64,000 bases of DNA from Bdellovibrionales bacterium (GTDB taxonomy: Bacteria > Bdellovibrionota > Bdellovibrionia > Bdellovibrionales > UBA1609). Shown in pieces: positions 49,167 through 58,714 of the stretch. The stretch is from positions 1,088,001 to 1,152,000 of the forward strand of contig OZ241877.1 in the NCBI GenBank assembly GCA_965203095.1, given 5' to 3'. The position numbers and the translations under genes are program-made. How positions within the stretch are numbered: position 1 is the first letter of the stretch; every line of letters begins with the position of its first letter. The notes under the pieces were generated by a model. That model made no database searches, had not been told where the DNA came from, and worked only from the letters and a program-made list of their open reading frames with translations.

Positions 49167-52100
49167 ATGATTCAACTTATTCCTCAAAGCCCTAAAATAC
49201 CTTACGAGATTGAACAAGATTTAAGAGATGACAATTTGGTCTTTTTTTGTGGGGCCGGAATTTCTGCCCCTTCCAAATTACCTGATTTTGATGATCTGGT
49301 GGAAAAAGTGTGCAAAAAATTAAATGTAGATCTAAATAATCCCCTCTTAAAATCAGCTAAAAAAAGAGGGGATTATGCCAGCGTATTGGATTTGCTGGAG
49401 GGAAATCAAGACTTTTCAGTTCCGCCGGGAATTTTAAGAAAAGAGATAATAAATATTTTAAGTGATCATAATGGCAAAACGAGTAATCATAAAGCTCTTT
49501 TAGATTTATCTGTTTTGCCAGACAATAAAGGGCATAGGTTGGTCACCACAAATTTTGATGGGCTTTTTTTAAAAGCAAAGCCAGACTTAATTTTTGATTC
49601 TGCTCCAAAACTTGCCCCTCCAAGGAAAGAAAAATGGAAGAACTTAACCTTTTTACATGGGCTTATTGATGAAGAAAATGATCCAGAAGGCAAAAATCTT
49701 ATTCTCACAAGAACTGATTTTGGATTGGCCTACTTGCATGACAACTGGGCAGGTCGTTTTATTATCCAGCTTTTTCAAGATTTTAAAGTTTTATTTATTG
49801 GATACAGTATAAATGATCCTGTAATGAATTATCTCATTTCAGCCATCAGTTATGAAAACAAAAGAAGACAAAAAGATAATCCCTCTAAAAATGTTGAAAA
49901 AAACCAAATAAGGCCCTCTATATATGCTTTTGTTGGTTATAAGGAAGATCAGAAACAAGAAAAAGAAAATCAATGGAGATCTAATGGAGTTGAGCCTATT
50001 CCCTATAAAATAACAGACAAAGATAATCACTCCCTTTTATATGAAACACTTAAAGAATGGGCTGAAGAAAAAAGGAAAGATTCAGATGGAAGAAAAAACT
50101 GGTTAAAAGAAAAATTAGAAAAACCTTATAAAAAGGAAACAGATAAACAAAAAGCAGAAATAGTTATCTCTACTTTTAAAATAGATGAACAACTGGCAGA
50201 GTATTTGCCAGAAATCAATTTATCCCTTGATCCCAAAAAAAGAAAAGCTGTAGATATTAGCTGGCTCAAAGCCTTTTCTGAAGAGGAAGAGGAATCTAAA
50301 AACCAAAACAATATCTCTTTACTTGCATCAAGAGCTGAACCAAAAATAAAAAATAGTTTATTAACAAAGCTGACTTCCCGGACAGCTCAGTCCGGGCCTT
50401 ATCCCTTATGGGAGGCTTTATCACCAACAGAAAAAAACATGGCCCATTGGTTGATTCATCATTTAGATAAAAAAGAGTTAATCCATTGGCTGATAAAAAA
50501 AGCTCCTGTTCAAATGGGACTTATCCCTTTACATCCTGAATTTAAGGATATGATCAAATGGCAATTAAAACATCTTGAGGAAAATTCTAATAAAAAATTA
50601 GATAAAAGAAAATCTTTATTTTGGGAAATTGCTATAAGCCAAAAAGATCATCCTAACAAATTGGATAGGGCTGATATGCTCATATATGAATTAAACGAAA
50701 AAGGATATTCTTATGCTAAAATGAAAAAATTATTGTATTTTTTAGAACCTCAAATTGGTTTTGAAACTTATTTTTATGATAGAAAATTTTCAAAAATTTT
50801 AGATCCTAATAAAATTTATGAAACAAAATTAATAATAGGAATGGATCATTATCCTGAACCCTCTTTAAAAGAGGATATTGTTTTTCGCCATGCAGAGGAT
50901 TGGACAGATCTGCTTAAAAAAGCAATGGAGCTTTCAAAATGGGCCGGGCTTATTCAAAACGGATATGATTTTTCTCATGTGCAAAGATCTTCCATTGCTA
51001 ATCATAAACAAAATAAAACTTATCACTCTTGGACTTATTTAATTGATTTAGTAAGAAACAGTTTTGATCTCACTATGGAAAAGGATAAAAAATTAGCGGA
51101 GGTTTTATTAAATAAGTGGAAAAACTATCCTTATTCTTTATTTTATCGGCTTATTCTTTATGCCGTCACAAAACATTCTAATTTAAATGAAGAAATAGCT
51201 GTTAAGCTCTTTGAAGAAAAACCAGCTCAAACTTTATGGTCCCCATCTTGTCAAAATGAAGTATTAAAGTTTTTAAAAGATAGAAAACATTCAAAAAATG
51301 CTATTGATAAAATTCTACCCTTAATTATGAAAGGGCTCCCTCAATCTTTATTTAAGGAAAATATTGATGAAAATTTTTTTATGGAATTAAAAGAAAGAGC
51401 AATCCATCTAAGATTGCATCATCTTAAGTTCTCAGGGGTTCAACTCCCTAAAGATATAGAAAAATATTATAAAAAGATTCCTATTAAATATTCATTCACC
51501 CCTTCAACAAAAGAAGATTCTGACAGGGACGGTTTTTCTTTTTACACTGAAGAGCCTACACTACTTGGTTCTGAAAACCGCTATCACAATATGACAGATA
51601 CAGCCATTTTTAATGATATAAAATACACAAAACCAAATACTTTCCCTCATGAGGATTGGAAGAGAGCAGAATTTCAATCCTTTATAAAAGATTTTTCTGA
51701 TAGAGCTTTTAAAATTTTGTTTATGTTTTTAGATAGCAGTATAAACAGTGTTCCCTTTTGGAGAGCTTTTATTATTGAAACTTCCAACATGACTGACACA
51801 CAAAAAGGCAATGATTATTTTTTAAAATCCTTTAAAAAAATAGAAAATTTTAATGATGATTTTTTTACAAAATGCCTTTCGGCAATAATTTATGGATTCA
51901 GCACAAAAGGCAGTTTAATTTATGATAAAGATAAAGAGCTTTTTAAAAAATGGTGGAAAAGGCTATGGGTATTCAGCCTTAAAGAGCATAAATCAGCTGA
52001 AGAAGACTCTGATATGGCTTGGAGGGGAGCAAATTCAAATTTAGGAAGACTATCACACCTTGTTTTTCTCATATTATGGAGCAAGTTCCCTAACGGGAAA

Positions 52101-53171
52101 ATCACAAAAAATGGCAAGATACCAGAAGATATAAAAAATTATTTTGAAATTATTTTAAAAGAAGGGAAAAAAAAAGATACTTCAGTATTATTTCATTTTG
52201 GATCTTATTTGTCTCAACTATGGTATTTAGATAGGGAATGGACAATTACATATATTAAAGCCTTAATGAGTTGGGATAAACAAAAAATTTTACCGGATAA
52301 AAAAAGCCAAATCCAAAACTCATCTAAAGCCCCACTATCAGAGAAACACACATGGAAGGCTTTATGGCAAGGGTATTTATTCCAGAATATGTTTTTAGGT
52401 CCTGATTTTTTAGAAGATTTTAAAAAAGAGTTTCTTAATTTTCTTTTGAATTATAAAAATGCCTTAACAGGCAATTATCCAACAGACTATCTTTGGAATA
52501 TTGCCGGATTGTTTTTTACTGCAACAGGAGGTCGAGGGATAAAAAACATATTTACAGATGAAGAATCCATAAAGCTTATCCAAAACTTAGATGTAGATAT
52601 TTTAGAGGCCCTTTCTCGAAAAATATGGGATCTATTAAAAGACACAGAAACAAATAAAAAAGCTGTTTTATGGTCTGAAAAAATAAAACCCTGGATAGAG
52701 GAATTTTGGCCTGCACAAAAAACCAAAATGAATCCTAAAATAGCAGGCAATTTATCTTTTATTATATTGCACTGTGGGAATAAACTGCCTGATGCATTTG
52801 ATATTTTAAAAGATAAAATTAAAGGAATCATTACTGACAATTCTAATAGTTGGATATCTCTTCATATAATCCATCAAACAGGTTTAGGTAAAGCTCATGA
52901 TTCTCCTTCTTCTCAAAAGCAAAGCGAACAAAAAAAGCTTAAAGATTCAAATAAAAACAACCAGACAAAAGGCTCTAAAAATAAATTGGCTTATATATTT
53001 GATTATCCTGATGAATTGTTGCAACTTTTAAACTGGAACTTTCCTAAAAAAATAGAATTTTATTTTGATGAAAAAATAAATAAAATATTAAAAGAATTAG
53101 AAACCAAAGATCCTAATATAAAAAAGCATGCACAATATAAAGAATTAAAAGAAAAACATCCTCTTTCTTAA
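49167..53171 (+). CDS. Dsr1-like defence-associated sirtuin (SIR2 NADase + long helical C-terminus)
   Basis: LVFFCGAGIS, LVTTNFD, FLHGL, DFGLAYL..WA.RF, FIGYSINDP; N-terminus and 1334-aa size resemble recalled Dsr1 proteins. Confidence 0.8.
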   Translation: MIQLIPQSPKIPYEIEQDLRDDNLVFFCGAGISAPSKLPDFDDLVEKVCKKLNVDLNNPLLKSAKKRGDYASVLDLLEGNQDFSVPPGILRKEIINILSDHNGKTSNHKALLDLSVLPDNKGHRLVTTNFDGLFLKAKPDLIFDSAPKLAPPRKEKWKNLTFLHGLIDEENDPEGKNLILTRTDFGLAYLHDNWAGRFIIQLFQDFKVLFIGYSINDPVMNYLISAISYENKRRQKDNPSKNVEKNQIRPSIYAFVGYKEDQKQEKENQWRSNGVEPIPYKITDKDNHSLLYETLKEWAEEKRKDSDGRKNWLKEKLEKPYKKETDKQKAEIVISTFKIDEQLAEYLPEINLSLDPKKRKAVDISWLKAFSEEEEESKNQNNISLLASRAEPKIKNSLLTKLTSRTAQSGPYPLWEALSPTEKNMAHWLIHHLDKKELIHWLIKKAPVQMGLIPLHPEFKDMIKWQLKHLEENSNKKLDKRKSLFWEIAISQKDHPNKLDRADMLIYELNEKGYSYAKMKKLLYFLEPQIGFETYFYDRKFSKILDPNKIYETKLIIGMDHYPEPSLKEDIVFRHAEDWTDLLKKAMELSKWAGLIQNGYDFSHVQRSSIANHKQNKTYHSWTYLIDLVRNSFDLTMEKDKKLAEVLLNKWKNYPYSLFYRLILYAVTKHSNLNEEIAVKLFEEKPAQTLWSPSCQNEVLKFLKDRKHSKNAIDKILPLIMKGLPQSLFKENIDENFFMELKERAIHLRLHHLKFSGVQLPKDIEKYYKKIPIKYSFTPSTKEDSDRDGFSFYTEEPTLLGSENRYHNMTDTAIFNDIKYTKPNTFPHEDWKRAEFQSFIKDFSDRAFKILFMFLDSSINSVPFWRAFIIETSNMTDTQKGNDYFLKSFKKIENFNDDFFTKCLSAIIYGFSTKGSLIYDKDKELFKKWWKRLWVFSLKEHKSAEEDSDMAWRGANSNLGRLSHLVFLILWSKFPNGKITKNGKIPEDIKNYFEIILKEGKKKDTSVLFHFGSYLSQLWYLDREWTITYIKALMSWDKQKILPDKKSQIQNSSKAPLSEKHTWKALWQGYLFQNMFLGPDFLEDFKKEFLNFLLNYKNALTGNYPTDYLWNIAGLFFTATGGRGIKNIFTDEESIKLIQNLDVDILEALSRKIWDLLKDTETNKKAVLWSEKIKPWIEEFWPAQKTKMNPKIAGNLSFIILHCGNKLPDAFDILKDKIKGIITDNSNSWISLHIIHQTGLGKAHDSPSSQKQSEQKKLKDSNKNNQTKGSKNKLAYIFDYPDELLQLLNWNFPKKIEFYFDEKINKILKELETKDPNIKKHAQYKELKEKHPLS

Positions 53172-53281
53172 TTTCCTTTTTCAAAAAGTATACTGATCAC
53201 ATTTGAAATTTCCATTCAGAACAGAGAATAAAAAAGACAAGAATTTTTAAATAAAATTAGTATATATTTAATTTATCAAAC

Positions 53282-53728
53282 TTATAAAAAATAATTCCAG
53301 TTTTCTTTATATTTTTCAAGCTTTGATAAAGGTTTTGTGATCCCCCATTTCTGTATATCCTCAACTGGAATTATGTAGCAATCTCCATTATTACTATCTA
53401 TTCCAAGAATAATATCACAATCTTTTTTTGTGTATTTATAGTTTCTCTTTTTAGCTCTCTTATCAAACTGTTTTCCCGATCTGACTCCACCTTCAAAGTT
53501 TAAAGTTCCTGTGCTTGTTCCTTTTATTTGTATTCTTAAAAGTTTTGTCTTTTTCCCTGAAATATCTATAACAGCGTCATATTTAGCATTTGTTATGTCT
53601 ACTTTAGAGCAGGCAAAGCCTGCTTTAATTGCTCGTCCTATGGCAATAAACTCGTCTGAATTGCCATTCATAGTTCGAAATATGCCTTTGTCTTTATTGG
53701 TTAGATTTACCGTCCATTTTTTAGACAT
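53282..53728 (-). CDS. Small PD-(D/E)XK endonuclease, probable restriction enzyme
   Basis: G..DE, YDAVID...RIQIKG, DCDIILG, YIIPV; overlaps the C5 methylase stop. Confidence 0.7.
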   Translation of the reverse strand: MSKKWTVNLTNKDKGIFRTMNGNSDEFIAIGRAIKAGFACSKVDITNAKYDAVIDISGKKTKLLRIQIKGTSTGTLNFEGGVRSGKQFDKRAKKRNYKYTKKDCDIILGIDSNNGDCYIIPVEDIQKWGITKPLSKLEKYKENWNYFL

Positions 53729-54693
53729 CTTTTCATTTCCTTAGCTATCTTGATAACAACTGGAACAGAGATACTATTGCCTATCTGTTTATAAAGATGA
53801 GACTTTGCTATATCCGGTAAAATAAAGCTATCAGGGAATCCTTGAAATCTTGCACACTCTCTGGGTGTTAATTTTCTTATTCCATATCTATCTTTAACAA
53901 GAGGGACATTGTGACCTCCTGTTCCCATATTGGCCGTTAGAGTTGGACAAGTGTCCGATTTGTTTTCTCTTACATAAGATCGTCTCCATTGGTAAATAGT
54001 GTTTGGCTTTTTTATCTCTTTTTTTAGTGTTTTATGAATGGGAAAGTTATGATAATAAAAACCTATATCTTGTTTCTTTTTTAATAAAATATCTTTGATC
54101 TTTTTTTGTAATTTGACAGGATTTGGAAAATTAAAAGCTGTTTCTTTTAAAAAACCCACAATGTAAATTCTTTCCCGTGTTTGAGGGGTGTTTCCATATT
54201 CTTTTGTGTTCATTATTTTATAACAAACATTGTATCTAATAGCTTTTAATTCTTTTAAGATTTTATTTAAAAAAATTCCTTTATCCAAAGAGGCAAGTCC
54301 TCTCACATTTTCTAATAGAAAGCTATCTGGTTTTTTCTCTTTAAGTATTCTTTTTATTTCAAAAAATAGAATACTTCTTTTATCTTTTAATCCTTTTCTA
54401 TAACCAGCATAACTGAAAGGCTGACAAGGGAAACCTGCAAGCAATATGTTATGATCTGGGATTTCTTTAGACGATATTTTATTTATATCACCAAACGGAA
54501 TTTCATTAAAGTTTGCATTGTAAGTTATTCTGGCTTGTTTATCTATTTCACTTGAAAAAACACACTCGCCACCAACTTTTTCAAAAGCCAATCTTAAACC
54601 TCCAATTCCTGCAAACAAGTCAATAAACTTAAAACTTTTAGGAGAGTATTCATAACTCAAAATGTTAGAAACAAATTTATCAAAAGACTCCAT
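53707..54693 (-). CDS. DNA cytosine-5 methyltransferase, M.Bsp6I-like
   Basis: FAGIGG, GFPCQ, ENV, RER, GNS motifs; TRD YQWRRSYVRENKS.TCPTLTANMGTGGHNVPLVK matches the recalled M.Bsp6I (GCNGC) TRD. Confidence 0.9.
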   Translation of the reverse strand: MESFDKFVSNILSYEYSPKSFKFIDLFAGIGGLRLAFEKVGGECVFSSEIDKQARITYNANFNEIPFGDINKISSKEIPDHNILLAGFPCQPFSYAGYRKGLKDKRSILFFEIKRILKEKKPDSFLLENVRGLASLDKGIFLNKILKELKAIRYNVCYKIMNTKEYGNTPQTRERIYIVGFLKETAFNFPNPVKLQKKIKDILLKKKQDIGFYYHNFPIHKTLKKEIKKPNTIYQWRRSYVRENKSDTCPTLTANMGTGGHNVPLVKDRYGIRKLTPRECARFQGFPDSFILPDIAKSHLYKQIGNSISVPVVIKIAKEMKRCLKNGR

Positions 54694-55064
54694 TATTGTC
54701 CTACCAATTGTTTATAAGCTTTGTCCTATTCCTTACATAAAGCTCCAGCTTTTCCATCGTGTCTTTAATTACAATTCCTTTGATCTAATATAAAAATAAG
54801 TCCATTCCAATATCTTAGCAAATGTTTATTTTTATCTTAATACTTTGACAGACCTTAGTCTTGAACTTTGTCTTTTTATCCCCCCAGCTTGTTTCTTTTT
54901 TGATCTTATTTCTGTATTTGTTTTCTCTAAGATAACATATCGAAGCATAAACCAATCTGGATAACTCCCATCTTTTTAAATGATTATAAGCTTAAAATTC
55001 CTTTCTTGCAAGTTTAAAGTAAATATATATTAGATTTTATAAAGGTTCAACTGGTTAGGGCCAG

Positions 55065-55103
55065 AGTTGTCGCTAAGTGTCAAAAATCCAGATAAGTTTA
55101 TTT
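55065..55103 (+). repeat. Degenerate direct repeat, right copy (partner at 48951-48989)
   Basis: See left copy. Confidence 0.65.
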
Positions 55104-55148
55104 CAAAGGATTGTATAAAATAGCCTCATGGTTTGCAATTTAAAAAAA

Positions 55149-55568
55149 TTAAGGATTACAACAGTTTTTATGGACAATAATTTTTGATATTTTTTCCTGA
55201 CGATCGATTAGAAAGACAAGTTGCCAAGTATCTTTATTTTTGGTTTTAGCACTTTCAATTATATAAGTGGGAAACATATCACTAAAATAATGACCTGTGT
55301 AGTCTCCAAATATTTTTCTTATTTCCCCTCTATCTTTGCCAATATATTTTTTTTGATTTTTAATAAGAGAGCAAGCCATCTTTGCCCTTGTAGGTTCATT
55401 ATCTTCTGCCAACTTAAACTTTGTAATATCCAAAGGTTCTTCTCCCCATCTTTTACAGACTGTTTTAAGGCTCATGAGATCTCCATGCCAAAAATGTCTT
55501 GTCTTAGCATATATAAAAGGAATAGCTATCAGAAATAGAACTACAGCTACTACAATTATTTTTTTCAT
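55149..55568 (-). CDS. Hypothetical exported protein
   Basis: 139 aa, RBS AAGGAG, signal peptide/N-terminal TM, four Cys. Confidence 0.65.
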   Translation of the reverse strand: MKKIIVVAVVLFLIAIPFIYAKTRHFWHGDLMSLKTVCKRWGEEPLDITKFKLAEDNEPTRAKMACSLIKNQKKYIGKDRGEIRKIFGDYTGHYFSDMFPTYIIESAKTKNKDTWQLVFLIDRQEKISKIIVHKNCCNP

Positions 55569-55631
55569 TGTCTCATCTCCTTGTTTTAAATTTTTTTACA
55601 CAGTATGTTCTCACAATTCACAACAATAAAT

Positions 55632-55823
55632 TTATATCTTATCATTAAATAATTTAACAGGATTTATTTTAAACTGAAGCATTTTTGCTGTCTCTCTCCC
55701 GGCGTCTCCACCCTTCCTTTGCATGGTAATTTTTCCAATTTTCAAACTTCCTCTGGGAGTGATTTTTACCGGACCCTCTGCAAAAAAATTCATAACATGG
55801 TTTATAGATTTTAAAATCCATTT
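55632..55823 (-). pseudogene. C-terminal remnant of an R.HinP1I/HpyCH4IV-family restriction endonuclease
   Basis: Manual translation: KWILKSINHVMNFFAEGPVKITPRGSLKIGKITMQRKGGDAGRETAKMLQFKINPVKLFNDKI*; in-frame TAG immediately upstream; not in ORF track. Confidence 0.8.
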
Positions 55824-56585
55824 CTAAAGATGCAGAAACATCATGGTTAATATATTTTTTGGTAAAATCAAGTAAACTTTTTCCACATGCTCGAACAACA
55901 TTGACAGTCATAGCATTGCCCGATTGGCTGAGAATTTGATTTTCAGAGATTTTATTTTTAACTTGGATAGCTAATTTTTTGGGAAATCCTTGTAAAAGAA
56001 GAGACTCATACCCAGACAATCTCCTAAACTGATTTTTTTTCACATACAAAAGGCCATGCCGCCCTGTTCTTAAAGTAGGTATTGTCTCTCTGTATAGACG
56101 CAAATCCGACTGTCGGGTATCAACTATTAAAAACTCTTCTCTCAACAGATCGCTTGCAGAAAAAACTCCTTTATTATATTTATTTTTTAAATAATTTAAA
56201 AAAGTTTTATAAGATTTTCTCTGACTCTTTGTGAATGCCAAATTGTCTTCATCAATTAAATATCGCCTTATATTATTCATTTTTATTCGTTCAGGTTGTT
56301 GATGAAAATAACTATAGAAATCACCAGAGTTTTTTATTAAGTCTTTTCTAATCCCTATAAAATAAATTCTTTCTCTCCTGTGAGGCAAACCATAATGAGA
56401 GCTGTCCATTTTTTTAGCTATGACCTTATATCCTCCAACCTCTAAGAGATCCAATATAATTTTAAAAGTTTGCCCTTGTTTATGATTTAAAAGCCCTTTA
56501 ACATTTTCTAAAATAAAGTATTTTATTTTTTTAGCTTTCATTATTTTTAAAAGCCCAAAAATAATTTGTCCTCTTTCATCTGTTA

Positions 56586-57720
56586 TACTGGTTTGATTTA
56601 AAAAATCAAGTTTTTTTGATAAAGGTTTAGTTTTTGGCATTATGAGTTTTCCAAATCTTTTGGATGTTCTATAATATGTTTCTATGAACTCATTTTTAAC
56701 TGGCAAGCAAAAAGCAGAGCTTTTAACTTTTCTTCGTTTGGAAAGGAATCGTAGGCGAGCGGATCGTATCCGGGTTATTTTGTTGCTGGATAGTGGAGAG
56801 TCTGTCACCGATATTGCGAGATTTTTATTTTTTGATGAAGGAACTATCAGAAACTGCAAAAGGCGTTATGAAGAAGGAGGTTTGTCGAGGTTGGTTTATG
56901 ACGATCATAGAGGTCGCATGTCGTATTTATCTGAGGAACAACGGAAGAAACTGGTTTTGGAGTTGGAGTCAAAGGTATATCCCACAACAAAGGCAGTTGT
57001 TTTATATGTTCAAAAGACATTTGGGGTTGTTTATACTGTGAATGGAATGACGGCTTTACTTCACAAGTTAGATTTTTCATATAAGAAGCCAAAGGGTGTG
57101 CCTGGGAAGGCTGATATTGAGAAGCAGAAGGTGTTTATTCAAAGATATCGCAGGATAAAAAAGAGAGGTGATTTAGTGTATTTTGCGGATTCAACTCATC
57201 CTATGCTCAATCCTGTAATATCATCGGGTTGGATTAAGAAGGGGGTGGAGTTTAAGGTTAAAACTAATTCAGGTCGTGAGCGGGTGAATATAAATGGTGC
57301 GATAGAGATAAATAGTTTAGATTTTGTCAGTAGAAGCTGTGAGAGGGTTAATAAAAATTCAATGCAGGAGTTATTGCGAGCTGTGAGGGCGAGACAGCCT
57401 ATGAGGGATAAAAGGTTGTATTTGGTTTTAGACAATGCACCATATAACAGGGCCTTTCAGGTGAGGGATTTAGCGAAAAGTTTGGATATTACTTTGCTGT
57501 ATTTGCCTCCATTTTCTCCTAATTTGAATCCTATTGAGAGGTTTTGGAAATTTGTAAAGAAGAAGACAATGGCTAATGTGTATTTTTCAGATCTTAAAAC
57601 TTTTCGTAAAGAGTTGATGCTGTTTTTAAGAGGTGTTAGAAAATACAGGGCTGAATTGTCCATGCTTATTACTGATAATTTTCATGTCATCGAAACCTGA
57701 AAATTCAAACAAGACCAGTA
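56586..57720 (+). mobile_element. IS630-family insertion sequence (1135 bp) with TA target duplication
   Basis: Imperfect TIRs TACTGGTTTGATTTAAAAAATCAAG / TACTGGTCTTGTTTGAATTTTCAGG; TA at 56584-56585 and 57721-57722. Confidence 0.92.
56684..57700 (+). CDS. IS630-family DDE transposase, uninterrupted
   Basis: N-terminal HTH, FSYKKP, YFADS, LVLDNA, YLPPFSPNLNPIERFW. Confidence 0.95.
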   Translation: MNSFLTGKQKAELLTFLRLERNRRRADRIRVILLLDSGESVTDIARFLFFDEGTIRNCKRRYEEGGLSRLVYDDHRGRMSYLSEEQRKKLVLELESKVYPTTKAVVLYVQKTFGVVYTVNGMTALLHKLDFSYKKPKGVPGKADIEKQKVFIQRYRRIKKRGDLVYFADSTHPMLNPVISSGWIKKGVEFKVKTNSGRERVNINGAIEINSLDFVSRSCERVNKNSMQELLRAVRARQPMRDKRLYLVLDNAPYNRAFQVRDLAKSLDITLLYLPPFSPNLNPIERFWKFVKKKTMANVYFSDLKTFRKELMLFLRGVRKYRAELSMLITDNFHVIET

Positions 57721-57999
57721 TAAACCTTTTCTCTGACCTACAATAGAAAAAGCTTGGCAGGGGAATCCTGCCACTAATAAATCAAAATTTGGTAAAACAA
57801 AGGGATTGATTTTCATTAAATCCCCATAATTGGTTTCATTATTTCTAAAAAACTGCCGGTATGTGTTTTCAGCATTTTTATCAATTTCTGAAAAGCCAAT
57901 GCATTTCATCCCTATTGTTTCTAAGCCTAGCCGGCCCCCACCAATACCAGCACAAAAATCAATAAATTTCATAAAATCTCTATAATCCTCTCAGAATCA

Positions 58000-58077
58000 G
58001 TCATTCCTTTAATAGCAAGGATCTATGAATTTCTGTTCTTTCTTGCAAAGCAAGATATCTGGATTCACGGGAATAAC
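58000..58077. repeat. Highly degenerate dRS3-like repeat
   Basis: GTCATTCC...GGATCT and TCTGGATTCACGGGAATAAC half-sites upstream of the interrupted methylase. Confidence 0.45.
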
Positions 58078-58481
58078 GGAGTTTATTATAGCTTATTTTT
58101 TCTAAAAAAAGCAGTAAAAAATAAGTTCATAGTGAGATAATAGTAGGAAAAGCCAGCCCCTCAAACTTAAAGTTGATTATCTGAACAGTTTAAAAAGACG
58201 GGCTAGCGGGTTCACAAAACATTATGGGGGGAGGCCAACGGTGGGTCAGCTGTCCATTCTGACGGAAAAGAAAATCTGGCAAATCCATAGAAAAAGCTGA
58301 TTTATACTGATAAAATTCTTAAGAAAAAAATAAAAAAGGGCAGAATAACATGGAGAAAGTAAAATTAATTGATTTTTTTCTATAAGGTAAACAAATAATT
58401 TTAATAAGTTAAAATTTTAATCTAATAAAATCAAGCTTTTTTTAAGTAAAAATCAATTTTATGATTTTTTTTAAAAAAAAT

Positions 58482-58510
58482 TTGTCAAAACAAAATTTTT
58501 TTTATATAAT
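58482..58510 (+). promoter_or_regulatory. Sigma70-type promoter of the 6S RNA
   Basis: TTGTCA (58482-58487), 17-bp spacer, TATAAT (58505-58510), with AT-rich upstream tract. Confidence 0.7.
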
Positions 58511-58516
58511 CCCTAA

Positions 58517-58698
58517 AAGAGAAGGAGGAGTAGGATAGCTAAAGACTAAAAATGAACCCTACAGCCACAGAACGAGGAAGGTCTCTGGCGACGGTGTGCA
58601 AGCCGGCCTCTTGAGCTGGAAGCCTAAAGTTGCTATCGCTTTCACTCACCTTAACCTTCGGGTTCATTTTGTCTTTCTGCTGTCCACTTTCCTCTTTT
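58517..58698 (+). ncRNA. ssrS: 6S RNA
   Basis: ~180-nt rod: 5' AGGAGGAGTAGGATAGCTAAAGACTAAAAATGAACCC pairs with 3' GGGTTCATTTTGTCTTTCTGCTGTCCACTTTCCT; GAAGCCTAAAG...CACTCACCTTAACCTTCGGGTTCA resembles the E. coli 6S 3' bubble; ends approximate. Confidence 0.8.
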
Positions 58699-58714
58699 TT
58701 TTATTCTATAAAAT

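Larger units (their letters stand above)
55669..57972 (-). pseudogene. C5 DNA methyltransferase (M.Hpy99XI/HpyCH4IV-like, ACGT) interrupted by IS630
   Basis: 5' part MKFIDFCAGIGGGRLGL...GFPCQAFS..QRKGL; 3' part TDERG...ENVKG...RRER...DTRQSDLRLY...PTLRTGRHGL...SQSGNAM; removing the IS and one TA restores the frame (GGT TTA ACA GAT GAA AGA). Confidence 0.9.

Noticed and set aside
55669..56859. 396-aa ORF as an intact methyltransferase
   Set aside because: Chimeric: the N-terminal ~90 aa is antisense IS630 sequence, motifs I-IV lie in 57721-57972, and the tail is the endonuclease remnant read out of frame
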